Below are positions 9,150-18,019 of a stretch of 30,406 bases of DNA, piece by piece. Made by a program: the position numbers and the translations under genes. The stretch covers positions 1-30,406 of the forward strand of contig CBDBHB010000001.1 of the NCBI GenBank assembly GCA_965205505.1, read 5' to 3'. A model generated the notes under the pieces. It did not search any database and was not told the DNA's origin. It saw nothing but the letters and a program-made list of their open reading frames with translations. Numbering within the stretch: position 1 is the stretch's first letter; each line of letters begins with the position of its first letter. The DNA comes from Acidobacteriota bacterium (GTDB lineage Bacteria; Acidobacteriota; UBA890; WLXD01).

Positions 9150-10310
9150 ATGTCGCGCTTCCTCCGTCCTATTCTGCTTTGCCTGTGTGTCATCACGGTG
9201 GCGTCGGCAACGGTGGATGCTCGCCCGACGCGCAAGCTCGCCAAGTTCAAACCCGATATCGCCGTCTCCGAGGTGAAAAAACTCGTCAAAGACGACGTTG
9301 CGCGCTGGGATGAGTTCAAGGGCAACGACTTCTACGAGAGCGGGCCCGAGGTCCCGGCGCAGAATATTATCCTCGACGGCGGCAAGAAGGTCACCGAGCG
9401 CTACCTCGTAGCGATCGACAACGACGGTACCAAGTCCGACGAGATACGCGTCAAAATCGATATCCCCGAGGAGGTCACGACCGTCGAAAAGCGCAGCGCC
9501 GCCGAAAAGTTCGAAGCAACGATCTACGCGGCGGCGCTCACCGGACCGAAGATGTTCCGGGGCGACGACGTTACGGAGGATTTCAGCGGCAACGGCGTCA
9601 TCGTGGAGTTGAAGCCGGGAGAACGCGTCTTCTACTGGATCGAAATTTCCGGGTTGAAGGGCTTCCGGAAGAACGACTACGTCGCCATCCCGATGCGCGC
9701 CCGATCCGTGAACGGTTCCAGCGCCGCGATTCCAGTGAGCGAGAACCCCTATGATACGGTCGTACCCGCCAGGGAAGACTACTTCTTCGTCACGTTCGGG
9801 AAGGCCGGAGAAATTCTGATTCCTGGTGCCGGCGGGGACGGTGCCGACGCCATCGACTGGAAGACGGTGATTTGGCCCGGCCCAATGAACGTCGGCCCGT
9901 GGGACACTACGTCCAATCTGACATTCATAAGTCAGAACAACTTCCAGATCTGCCTAGGACACACTAAGAACACCTCCTGGCCGACCGCCCTGGAGCCTGG
10001 CGGAGGAGTCTTCGTCAACGGCAACATGTGGGCCATCGTGAACCTCGGCGGAGCGCGGGGCGCCGCAGCGTGGTACGCCGGCATCTTTGAGTGGCTCACT
10101 CCAGGTCTGGTCTGTCAGAGCTTGGGATCCGGTGGGAGCGTCACGGTCGCCCAGCAGATGGCAAACCATTTCTTCTTCGCGCCGTTGCGAGGCCATGTTC
10201 CGAAAGCCGGTGACAAGATCTACTTCTTCGTCAGCGCGCCGGCGTGGCCCGGCCACGTGAACCCGATCGTCTTCGAGCGCACCCAGTTCCGGGAGTGGAT
10301 CTGGAAGTAG
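9150..10310 (+). CDS. Secreted hypothetical protein (386 aa), two apparent domains
   Basis: AGGAG RBS before ATG 9150; signal peptide MSRFLRPILLCLCVITVASATVDA; GC-rich third codon positions; Lys/Glu-rich N half and Trp/Gly/Cys-rich C half. Confidence 0.8.
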   Translation: MSRFLRPILLCLCVITVASATVDARPTRKLAKFKPDIAVSEVKKLVKDDVARWDEFKGNDFYESGPEVPAQNIILDGGKKVTERYLVAIDNDGTKSDEIRVKIDIPEEVTTVEKRSAAEKFEATIYAAALTGPKMFRGDDVTEDFSGNGVIVELKPGERVFYWIEISGLKGFRKNDYVAIPMRARSVNGSSAAIPVSENPYDTVVPAREDYFFVTFGKAGEILIPGAGGDGADAIDWKTVIWPGPMNVGPWDTTSNLTFISQNNFQICLGHTKNTSWPTALEPGGGVFVNGNMWAIVNLGGARGAAAWYAGIFEWLTPGLVCQSLGSGGSVTVAQQMANHFFFAPLRGHVPKAGDKIYFFVSAPAWPGHVNPIVFERTQFREWIWK

Positions 10311-10385
10311 ACGATCTGCTCCAGTCGACTCCCGTCATGCGCGGCAGTGGCACGACGACTCGATCTGCGAGACGATTCGATCTGC

Positions 10386-10414
10386 CAGGCCGTGGTGGAA
10401 GTGTTGTGGGCCTG
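10386..10414. repeat. Solo degenerate copy of the type-B terminal repeat
   Basis: CAGGCCGTGGTGGAAGTGTTGTGGG matches the type-B TIR at 23/25; directly abuts the full element. Confidence 0.7.
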
Positions 10415-10418
10415 CTAG

Positions 10419-10589
10419 CAGGCCGTGGTGAAAGTGTGGTGGGTCTGGCGACAGGGTCTTGCGAAGTGCAGGCAAGGAGAGAGGAGGAGGCGATGGTTAC
10501 CCCATCGTTGACGAGGAACGACGCAGCATACGCGCGCAACCCCCTGTCGCCCGAAGGGTTACGGCCCACCACACTTTCACCACGGCCTG
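10419..10589. mobile_element. MITE-like element, type B (171 bp)
   Basis: Perfect 25-bp TIRs CAGGCCGTGGTGAAAGTGTGGTGGG (10419-10443 / 10565-10589), flanked by CTAG (10415-10418, 10590-10593). Confidence 0.85.
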
Positions 10590-12854
10590 CTAGGAGTCCG
10601 CGCCCAGAGTGACTGTAGGCTCGCCTTCGGTCACCGTGCCCACCTGGCAGGCCGCCGGATAGCCGGCACGCGCCAACTCGCTGATGGCCGTCGCAGCGTT
10701 CGTCTCGGGCACTGAGGCAAGCAGGCCGCCCGAGGTCTGCGGATCGAACAACAACGCAAACAGCGGCTGATCGGCGGCGATCTCCGGGTTACGCACTGCC
10801 CGTCGCAAGTGCAGGTTCTGAGGTTGTAAGGACGACAAGATCCCTTGCTCGACGAGGGACAGTGCACCGTCGTACGCCGGCACCGTGCCGAGGTCGATCT
10901 CGGCGCCGGCTCCCGAGGCGCGCAGCATCTCCAGCAGGTGACCCAAGACCCCGAACCCGGTGACGTCGGTCATCGCCGACGCCGCGTGGCGACGCAGGAT
11001 ATCGGCCGCCGCCCGATTCGAGGTCGACATCGAGGCGAGCGCCGCCTCGATCCACCGTCCTTTGGCTCGCTGGCGCATGTGCGCCGCGAACAACACGCCG
11101 CTACCGATCGGCTTGGTCAGCACGAGAGCCTCGCCCGGTCGCGCTCCACTCTTGGTCGAGAGCGCTTCGGGATGGGCAAACCCGCTCACCGCAAAGCCCA
11201 GCGCCAGGGTCGGTCCCTCAATCGTGTGCCCGCCGACGAGAGCAGCACCGGACTCGTCGAGCGCCTCCAAAGCGCCCGCCAGCAGTTGCACGAGATCCTC
11301 CTCCAGCTTCGCCTCGTCGGCATAGGGGACCGTGGCAAGCGCCAGGGCCGATTGCGGCTCGGCCCCCATGGCGTGCAGGTCGCTCAATGCATGTACAGCA
11401 GCGATGCGGCCGAAGACGAAAGGATCGTCGACGAAGGCGGTGAAATGATCGACTGACTGCACCAAGACCTTGCCCTCCGGCACACGCACCACTGCAGCAT
11501 CGTCGGGCGCGTCGAGACCGATGATCACGTCCGGGTGAGGCGTCCTCGACAACCTGGCCAGCGCCCGCTCCAGCACGCGGCTGCCGACCTTCGATCCACA
11601 TCCGGCACAACGCATCGCCGGGCTCGACAACGTTCGCAGTGTTTCAGCGTCGTTACGCGAGGCCGGCTCGGCATGCGGCTCCATCTCGGGCAGGTCGTTG
11701 TACTTGCGCATGAAACGTCGGTCGATCCAATCCTTCCAGCGCCAGACCCAACCTCCCTCGAGGCTCCAGAACGAACGCGACGCAACCGCATACCGGTCGC
11801 CGGTGCTTACCAGGCTGAGGAAATGTCGCTGCGGGTGGAACGGCCTCAACGATTCCCCGCGCAGCCGTCGCCGCAAATTCTGCTCTAATGGCGGTCCCTG
11901 GCGCACCGCAAAGACACCGGCTTTAGGCCGCGGGTGGCCCACGACGGCGGCAACATCGCCGCTGGCGAACACGTCGGGGTCGTTTGTAGACTGCAAGGTA
12001 TCGTTGACCCGGATGAAGCCGTGCTCGTCGACCTCCAGTCCCCCCTCGCCGGGCCACCGCTGCGCTCCGGCGGTGGTCACCCAAAGCGCTTCGTCGACTT
12101 CGGCGGGGTCGCCTCGATCGAAGATCAGGCGCGTGCGCCCGTTCTTCTCGACCCGCACGACGCCACTACCGGGTCGCACGATGACGCCGCGTTCCGCCAA
12201 AACACGCCTGAACTTCCGCTGCACGCGACGATTGTGCGATGGCAGGATCTCGCCGTCGCGCGTGTACAGCCGGTATTCGAGGTGCTCGTCGGTGCGACCG
12301 ATACGGAGCAGCTCACAACGCAGGCAGTGCTGCAGAGCCAACAGAATCTCGACGCCCCCCGCCCCGCCTCCGACGACAGCGATTACCGAGCGGCTCGGCT
12401 GCGCCAGGATGCGCTCCTTCATTCGCGTCCACTTGCGGGCGAAACCGTCGATAGGCTTGACGGAAACGACCGCCCCCGCGGCACCCTCGACATCGCGCAC
12501 GAGCGGCGCCGATCCAATGTCGATGGCTAGCACGTCGTACGCGACAGGCGGCCTGCCACGACAGAGTAGCCGTCGGTTTGTGCGATCGATCCCGATTACC
12601 TCATCATGGAGGAAGCGGGCGGAGGCGAAACGCGAGAGCGGTCCCAGATCGATATGGGCGTCGTCGAATCCGTAATGGCCGGCGATCATCCCGGGCAACA
12701 TTCCGGAATACGGCGCGTGCGTGTCGCGGCAGATCAGCGTCAGCCGCACACCGGGCTCGGGACGCATGCCGAATCGCTTCAGAACCGTGACGTGGCTATG
12801 CCCGCCGCCCACCAGGACCAGATCCTGCTGGACCAGCGCCGGAACCTTTTGCAT
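10590..12854 (-). CDS. selD: Selenide, water dikinase SelD with N-terminal FAD-dependent pyridine nucleotide-disulfide oxidoreductase domain
   Basis: N domain: LVGGGHSH, YSGMLPG, VVGGGAGGVE, RPKAGVFAVRQG. SelD domain: MRCAGCGSKVG, DDAAV, QSVDHF, ALSDLHAMG, GGHT, LTKPIG, TDVTGFG, DPQTSGGLL. Start ATG 12854 or GTG 12860. Confidence 0.93.
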   Translation of the reverse strand: MQKVPALVQQDLVLVGGGHSHVTVLKRFGMRPEPGVRLTLICRDTHAPYSGMLPGMIAGHYGFDDAHIDLGPLSRFASARFLHDEVIGIDRTNRRLLCRGRPPVAYDVLAIDIGSAPLVRDVEGAAGAVVSVKPIDGFARKWTRMKERILAQPSRSVIAVVGGGAGGVEILLALQHCLRCELLRIGRTDEHLEYRLYTRDGEILPSHNRRVQRKFRRVLAERGVIVRPGSGVVRVEKNGRTRLIFDRGDPAEVDEALWVTTAGAQRWPGEGGLEVDEHGFIRVNDTLQSTNDPDVFASGDVAAVVGHPRPKAGVFAVRQGPPLEQNLRRRLRGESLRPFHPQRHFLSLVSTGDRYAVASRSFWSLEGGWVWRWKDWIDRRFMRKYNDLPEMEPHAEPASRNDAETLRTLSSPAMRCAGCGSKVGSRVLERALARLSRTPHPDVIIGLDAPDDAAVVRVPEGKVLVQSVDHFTAFVDDPFVFGRIAAVHALSDLHAMGAEPQSALALATVPYADEAKLEEDLVQLLAGALEALDESGAALVGGHTIEGPTLALGFAVSGFAHPEALSTKSGARPGEALVLTKPIGSGVLFAAHMRQRAKGRWIEAALASMSTSNRAAADILRRHAASAMTDVTGFGVLGHLLEMLRASGAGAEIDLGTVPAYDGALSLVEQGILSSLQPQNLHLRRAVRNPEIAADQPLFALLFDPQTSGGLLASVPETNAATAISELARAGYPAACQVGTVTEGEPTVTLGADS

Positions 12855-12866
12855 TAGCACGCCGCG

Positions 12867-13370
12867 TCAGTCGGTACCGCTGCCGTGTGGCGCCGCCACA
12901 CAGTAGGCCCCGTCGTGAAACAGCAGTGCAACACCCTCACGGCGGTCGAAGGCCACAACCTCGCCGACGAAAATTACATGGTCGCCGCCGTCGTACTGAT
13001 GCGCGTTGCGACACTCGAACGTCGCCAAACTGGCCGGGATCAGCGGCGCACCGCCGGCACCCTCACCGCACTTCACGCCGTCGAACTTGCCGGCGTCGCG
13101 GCTCGCGAACGTGTTCGACAGCTCGATCTGGTCGGTGCCGAGCACGCTCACCGCGAAGTGGGTCGCGGTCTCGAACACAGGCAACGTACCCGACCTGCGA
13201 TCGAGGCTCCAAAGCACCAACGGCGGTTCCAGCGAGACCGTATTGAAGCTGCTCACGGTCACACCGACGCGCGTCCCATCGTCGGCCTTGGCGGTAACGA
13301 TCGTCACCCCGGTGGCAAAGCGACCGAGCGCGTTGCGAAGCTCGCGTTGATCAAAGCCTGACTCAGACAT
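12867..13370 (-). CDS. Flavin reductase-like protein (HpaC/DIM6/NTAB family)
   Basis: LRNALGRFATGVTIVT, SFNTVSLEPPLVLWSL, GGDHVIFVGEV, LLFHDGAY. Confidence 0.93.
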   Translation of the reverse strand: MSESGFDQRELRNALGRFATGVTIVTAKADDGTRVGVTVSSFNTVSLEPPLVLWSLDRRSGTLPVFETATHFAVSVLGTDQIELSNTFASRDAGKFDGVKCGEGAGGAPLIPASLATFECRNAHQYDGGDHVIFVGEVVAFDRREGVALLFHDGAYCVAAPHGSGTD

Positions 13371-13374
13371 CTAG

Positions 13375-13510
13375 TGTCCTGTAACAGAGGTTCGTTGCAT
13401 ATTGTGGCGCGCGCGACTGAGTCGAATTCGAGGAGGCTCGACGACGGCGATCCTTGCCTCCGCCTCGCAAGACCCTATCGCCAGGCCCACCACACTTCCA
13501 CCACGGCCCG
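13375..13510. mobile_element. Chimeric MITE-like element (type-A-like left end joined to an inverted type-B end)
   Basis: CTAG at 13371-13374 and 13511-13514. 13375-13451 aligns with 4073-4149; 13451-13514 is the reverse complement of 10415-10478 with few mismatches. Confidence 0.8.
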
Positions 13511-13773
13511 CTAGGCACCGTTAGCGCGCAGCCAGCGGACCGTCAAGGCGCGCCAACGCTGCCAGATTGGAGCGCGTGATAACGAAATCCGTCGCCTCCT
13601 GCCGGCCCAGCTTCTGATCGGCGGGCAGCCCGCTGAAACCGAGGCAAACAACTGCCGCGATCCCAGGGAGCGCCGCTCCGTTACGCATGATGATCTCCCA
13701 GGCCGCCGATGCGAAATCAGCGCGATCACGGAAAGACTTGCCGTTTGCTCCAGTCAGAGGGTTCAATTGTCCC

Positions 13774-15228
13774 ATGATTGACTGGTCACGACGACGCGTG
13801 CTCGGCAGCCTCGGAGCGATTGCGGCTCCGGCCGCGTTCGGCTTCGGCAGCGGCCTTGTGGCGCGGTCTCTACCGGCACTCGGGGGCGGGGACAGCGGAC
13901 CGACGACGCCCGGACCCTATACGCTGGCAGGACTGACGGGGCTTCCCGACCCGGCGCGTGAGCGGCACGGTTTTTCGTCGCTGGAGATGGAGCTGCGGTA
14001 CGGCAGCGCCGACATCCAACGGCGTATCCTGGCTGCCGACCCCTCAGAGCGCGCTATCGCCGCCTTCCCGTGGGCTGAGTTCGGCCGGATACTGAAGCTA
14101 CGGTTCAGTGATCTGAACCGCCACTTCATCTTCGAGTACTACCCCTGGTACGACAACGATCCCTTCCATCACTGGCAGCAGTGGGATCGCGTCCCACCGC
14201 ACGACCTCGCCGCCACCAGCGTTCCGAAGTTAGGAGCCTACAGCTCCCGCGATAGGAAGGTGATCGAGCGGCACGCACGCTGGATCAAAGAAGTCGGGGC
14301 AGGCGCCGTGAACTTGAGCTGGTGGGGCGCCGACAGCTTCTCCGGAGGGTCCGCCCATGCCGTGATGGACGTGATGGCCGATCACGACATCAAGGTGATG
14401 TTCCACATCGAACCGTATCGGCACGATCGTGCCCACCGTTATCTCGACGACATCACCTACCTGATCAAAGAGTACGGTGAACGGCGGGGCTGGGACGCAT
14501 TTCTGCTACTGCGCGACGCCAACGGCAAGGTCGGGCCAGTGTTCAAGTCTTTCCGCACGATCGTTGCGGAGCAGGTCACGGACTGCCACGATATCGTCCA
14601 TAACGTACCGGACTACACCCCCGACGAGATCTGGAAGCAACAGACCGACGGCGTCCGCGACCGCTTCGCAGGGGAATTCGACCAGGTGACGATGCTGGCC
14701 GATTCCTTGAACATGAACCGTACTCGCAAGTCCGGCTTCGATGGCATCGCCGTGTACAACAACTTCCTCGACCCGTCGACCTGGCAAGGGCACTCCGAAC
14801 GCGCCAACAGCGACGGTCTGGTCTACTCGTTCAATACGAACCCCGGCTTCGACAGCATCGCCCGCAGAACGGTCCCCGAGGACTCGTGTTACGTGCCCAA
14901 CCCATTCCATCCGCCCGCCCAGGTGAGCTGGAGCGAAATGGAGGAGCGTGAGCGCGCCAGGCGACTTTCGCAGAAGCAGATCCGCCGCACGCTGAGCACA
15001 TCGATATTGGTTCAGAGCAACCCTCTCCACACGAATGCCCGGCAAGGCTTCTTTCTCGTCTTTCTCAACTCGTTCAACGAGTGGCACGAGGGGCACGCCT
15101 TCGAGCCGGCCAAGAACTACGCCCATCTCAGTAGCACGGAGCTCCGGTCCGGCTACCACAACCCACGGCGCGGCAGCTACCGGCTCAAGACCCTGGGGCG
15201 CTATCTGCGTCGCGTGCTCAACGCCTGA
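13774..15228 (+). CDS. Glycoside hydrolase family 99-like (endo-alpha-mannosidase/mannanase), Tat-exported
   Basis: Tat motif SRRRVL after ATG 13774; [28 protein letters not shown] and NSFNEWHEG (the GH99 catalytic ExxE pair). Confidence 0.85.
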   Translation: MIDWSRRRVLGSLGAIAAPAAFGFGSGLVARSLPALGGGDSGPTTPGPYTLAGLTGLPDPARERHGFSSLEMELRYGSADIQRRILAADPSERAIAAFPWAEFGRILKLRFSDLNRHFIFEYYPWYDNDPFHHWQQWDRVPPHDLAATSVPKLGAYSSRDRKVIERHARWIKEVGAGAVNLSWWGADSFSGGSAHAVMDVMADHDIKVMFHIEPYRHDRAHRYLDDITYLIKEYGERRGWDAFLLLRDANGKVGPVFKSFRTIVAEQVTDCHDIVHNVPDYTPDEIWKQQTDGVRDRFAGEFDQVTMLADSLNMNRTRKSGFDGIAVYNNFLDPSTWQGHSERANSDGLVYSFNTNPGFDSIARRTVPEDSCYVPNPFHPPAQVSWSEMEERERARRLSQKQIRRTLSTSILVQSNPLHTNARQGFFLVFLNSFNEWHEGHAFEPAKNYAHLSSTELRSGYHNPRRGSYRLKTLGRYLRRVLNA

Positions 15229-15248
15229 GCGGCGCCACCTTTCCCGCC

Positions 15249-16646
15249 ATGGCAATCAGCGTCTTTGATCTGTTCAAGATCGGTATCGGGCCGTCGAGCT
15301 CGCACACGGTCGGGCCGATGCGCGCGGCGCGCGAATTCGCTGTGGGACTGCGCCGGGCCGGATTGCTCGACAGCACAGCGGCGGTAGGGGCAGAGCTCTA
15401 TGGCTCGCTTGCCGCGACCGGCAAGGGGCATGGCACTGATCGGGCGATCCTTCTGGGACTCGAGGGCGACACGCCCGAGGCCGTCGACGTTGAAACGCTC
15501 GATGCACGAATCGCGGCCATCTACGACACCGGCCGACTGTGGCTCCTGGGGGAGCACCCGGTGCCGCTGCGACCCAAAGAGCATCTGCTCTTCCGGCGGC
15601 GTGAGACGCTGCCGGATCATCCCAACGGCATGCGATTCACCGCCTTCGACGGCGCCGGCGCGGAGCTTCAAACGCGAGTCTTCTACTCGGTCGGCGGCGG
15701 TTTCGTCGTAAACCCAGACGCAGCCGGGTCCGCTCGCATAGTCGAGGACTCGACGCCGCTTCCCCACCGTTTCAGGAGCGGAGCAGACCTACTGGCTCGC
15801 TGTGCAAAACACCACCTGTCGGTGAGCCAGCTGATGCTCGAGAACGAGCGCGCCTGGCGCTCGGAGCACGAGATCCGCACCGGACTGTTGGAGCTATGGC
15901 AGGCCATGAAGGCCTGTATCGAGCGCGGTTGTCACGCGGAGGGAGTGCTTCCCGGCGGCCTCGATATTCCCCGTCGCGCCCCGGCCTGGCACCGCGCCCT
16001 TTGCTCGAGCGCCGCTCCTGGCAGCGACCCGTTAGAGGCGCTCGATTGGGTAAGCATGTGGGCGGTGGCCGTGAACGAGGAAAACGCCGCCGGCGGGAGG
16101 GTAGTAACCACCCCAACCAACGGCGCGGCCGGCATCATCCCGGCCGTGCTGCGTTACTACGAACAGCTCGTTCCCGGCGCCAACGATGAAGGCGTGATCA
16201 GCTTTCTGCTCACCGCCGGTGCGATAGGCATCCTCTACAAGGAGAACGCGTCGATCTCCGGGGCGGAAGTCGGCTGCCAGGGGGAAGTCGGCGCGGCGTG
16301 CTCGATGGCCGCAGGTGCCCTGGCGGAGGTGCTCGGCGGCTCCCCGACTCAGGTCGAGAACGCCGCAGAGATCGGCATGGAGCACAACCTCGGCCTGACC
16401 TGCGATCCGGTCGGCGGCCTCGTCCAGATCCCGTGTATCGAGCGCAATGCCATGGGTGCGGTAAAAGCTATCAACGCCGCTCGCATGAGCTTGCGCGGCG
16501 ACGGCAAGCACTTCGTCTCGCTGGACCAGGTCATCAAGACGATGCGCGACACGGGCGCCGACATGAAGACGAAGTACAAGGAGACAGCTCGCGGCGGACT
16601 CGCGATCAACGTGCTCGAGGTGCCGGTCAACGTCATCGAGTGCTGA
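15249..16646 (+). CDS. sdaA: L-serine ammonia-lyase, Fe-S dependent, single chain
   Basis: [76 protein letters not shown]. Confidence 0.97.
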   Translation: MAISVFDLFKIGIGPSSSHTVGPMRAAREFAVGLRRAGLLDSTAAVGAELYGSLAATGKGHGTDRAILLGLEGDTPEAVDVETLDARIAAIYDTGRLWLLGEHPVPLRPKEHLLFRRRETLPDHPNGMRFTAFDGAGAELQTRVFYSVGGGFVVNPDAAGSARIVEDSTPLPHRFRSGADLLARCAKHHLSVSQLMLENERAWRSEHEIRTGLLELWQAMKACIERGCHAEGVLPGGLDIPRRAPAWHRALCSSAAPGSDPLEALDWVSMWAVAVNEENAAGGRVVTTPTNGAAGIIPAVLRYYEQLVPGANDEGVISFLLTAGAIGILYKENASISGAEVGCQGEVGAACSMAAGALAEVLGGSPTQVENAAEIGMEHNLGLTCDPVGGLVQIPCIERNAMGAVKAINAARMSLRGDGKHFVSLDQVIKTMRDTGADMKTKYKETARGGLAINVLEVPVNVIEC

Positions 16647-16698
16647 GTCGCCGCATCGATCCCTGAGCTCAACGCCGGACCGGATCTCAGGAAATCGG

Positions 16699-17616
16699 TC
16701 ACCCGAGAGCGGACCGGTCTTCTCCAAAGGCGGCGAGGGCCGCCTCTACCACGACCTCCCCGGCCTCCTGAGTGAAGCGCCCGGCATCGTCGAACACCAG
16801 CGGTTCCGGAGCGCCACGAATCGTCTCCGCCAGGGCACGCATGACCGGCACTCCCAACACCGGGTCCTGAGCCCCGACGGCCATGAAAGTCTGTCCCGAC
16901 CAGTCGCTGGAAAGCCACGCCCGGGCCCGGCGTGACAGTTCCGCGCCCGGATCGTTCGGCGCTGTCGGCACAATCGCCGGGAAGGTACGTACCCCGGCAC
17001 GAAAACGATCGTCCGGAAACGGCGCTGCGTAGGCCGCCAGCTCCTCGGGCGTCAGCGCCGGGCAGGAGCGGCGCATGAGCGACACGATGGAGAAATCGGG
17101 GTTGTCGCGCACGAAATCTCGCCAGGCGACGAAGCCTGGAGGGAGCGGAACATCGCCGGTACCCAGGGAGGTGTTCATGACGAGCAGGCGGCTGAACCGC
17201 TCGGGCATCTCATGCGGCAGGGTGAGCCCGAGCAGCCCACCCCAGTCCTGGCAGACGAGGGTGATGTTGGTGAGCTGGCGCTGGGTGATGAGCTCCACCA
17301 ACGAGCGACGGTGGAAGTCGAACGTATAGACGGCGTCATCGACCGGCTTGTCCGAACGACCAAAGCCGAAGAAATCGGGCGCCACAACGCGACCACCGGC
17401 CGCCAGCAGCGACGGCATCATCTTGCGGTACAGGAAGCTCCACGTGGGCTCGCCGTGCAGGCAAAGGTAAACGTGATCAGCGCGCGCCGGCCCTTCGTCG
17501 ACCAGATGCATGCGCAGGCCCACGAACCCCGGCAGATCGTCGACGTAGTTCGGTGGATAGTCGAAGTCGGGAACGGCGATGAACCGTTCTTCCGGGGTCC
17601 GCAACGCCTCGATCAT
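16699..17616 (-). CDS. Haloalkane dehalogenase (HLD-I/DhlA-like); catalytic His position reads Arg
   Basis: LRTPEERF, HGEPTWSFLYRKM, GFGRSDKP, nucleophile QDWGG, GAQDPVLG acid; AGRFTQE where AGHFxQE is expected. Confidence 0.9.
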   Translation of the reverse strand: MIEALRTPEERFIAVPDFDYPPNYVDDLPGFVGLRMHLVDEGPARADHVYLCLHGEPTWSFLYRKMMPSLLAAGGRVVAPDFFGFGRSDKPVDDAVYTFDFHRRSLVELITQRQLTNITLVCQDWGGLLGLTLPHEMPERFSRLLVMNTSLGTGDVPLPPGFVAWRDFVRDNPDFSIVSLMRRSCPALTPEELAAYAAPFPDDRFRAGVRTFPAIVPTAPNDPGAELSRRARAWLSSDWSGQTFMAVGAQDPVLGVPVMRALAETIRGAPEPLVFDDAGRFTQEAGEVVVEAALAAFGEDRSALG

Positions 17617-17746
17617 CTACGATCTTCTCCCTAGCAGGCCGTGTCGGCTGCAATCATACTCAGGCGCCCTGGAAGCCAGTTCGGCGCGCCATCGAACCGG
17701 TGCCCGTTCGTCGGACCGCGGGGTCGGATCAGGACTCCTGGCGGAT

Positions 17747-17990
17747 GGGTTGAGGCGCTGGCACTCATGTGGCTTACTGACTGCGTCGGCGAGAGGTCGA
17801 CACGGGAAGCGGGTGAGAATCCCGCGCTGCCCCGCAACTGTGAACGGGGACGAAAGCCGCCCGAAGCCTGACGGATGCACGCGGTGCGTAAGCCGCGCAG
17901 CCTGCCTCAGGCCCGAACGTCACTGGGCTCACGCCTGGGAAGGTGGCGGCGAGTAGGACGATCCGTGAGCCAGGAGACCGCAATCAACCA
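17747..17990 (+). ncRNA. Cobalamin (B12) riboswitch
   Basis: GGGAA-GCGGGTGAGAATCCCGC-GCTGCCCCGCAACTGTG, TCACTGGG...CCTGGGAAGG, and B12 box GAGCCAGGAGACC; GGTTGA/TCAACC could close P1; directly upstream of a TonB receptor. Boundaries approximate. Confidence 0.93.
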
Positions 17991-18019
17991 CCCGGTTGTC
18001 CCTCGGGGGAGGGTTTCCC

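Noticed and set aside
10354-10593. CRISPR array
   Set aside because: Repeats are inverted or only two-copy, with no regular unique spacers and no cas genes.
10590-12860. Selenoneine (senABC) cluster
   Set aside because: No SenB glycosyltransferase or SenA/EgtB-like gene adjacent.
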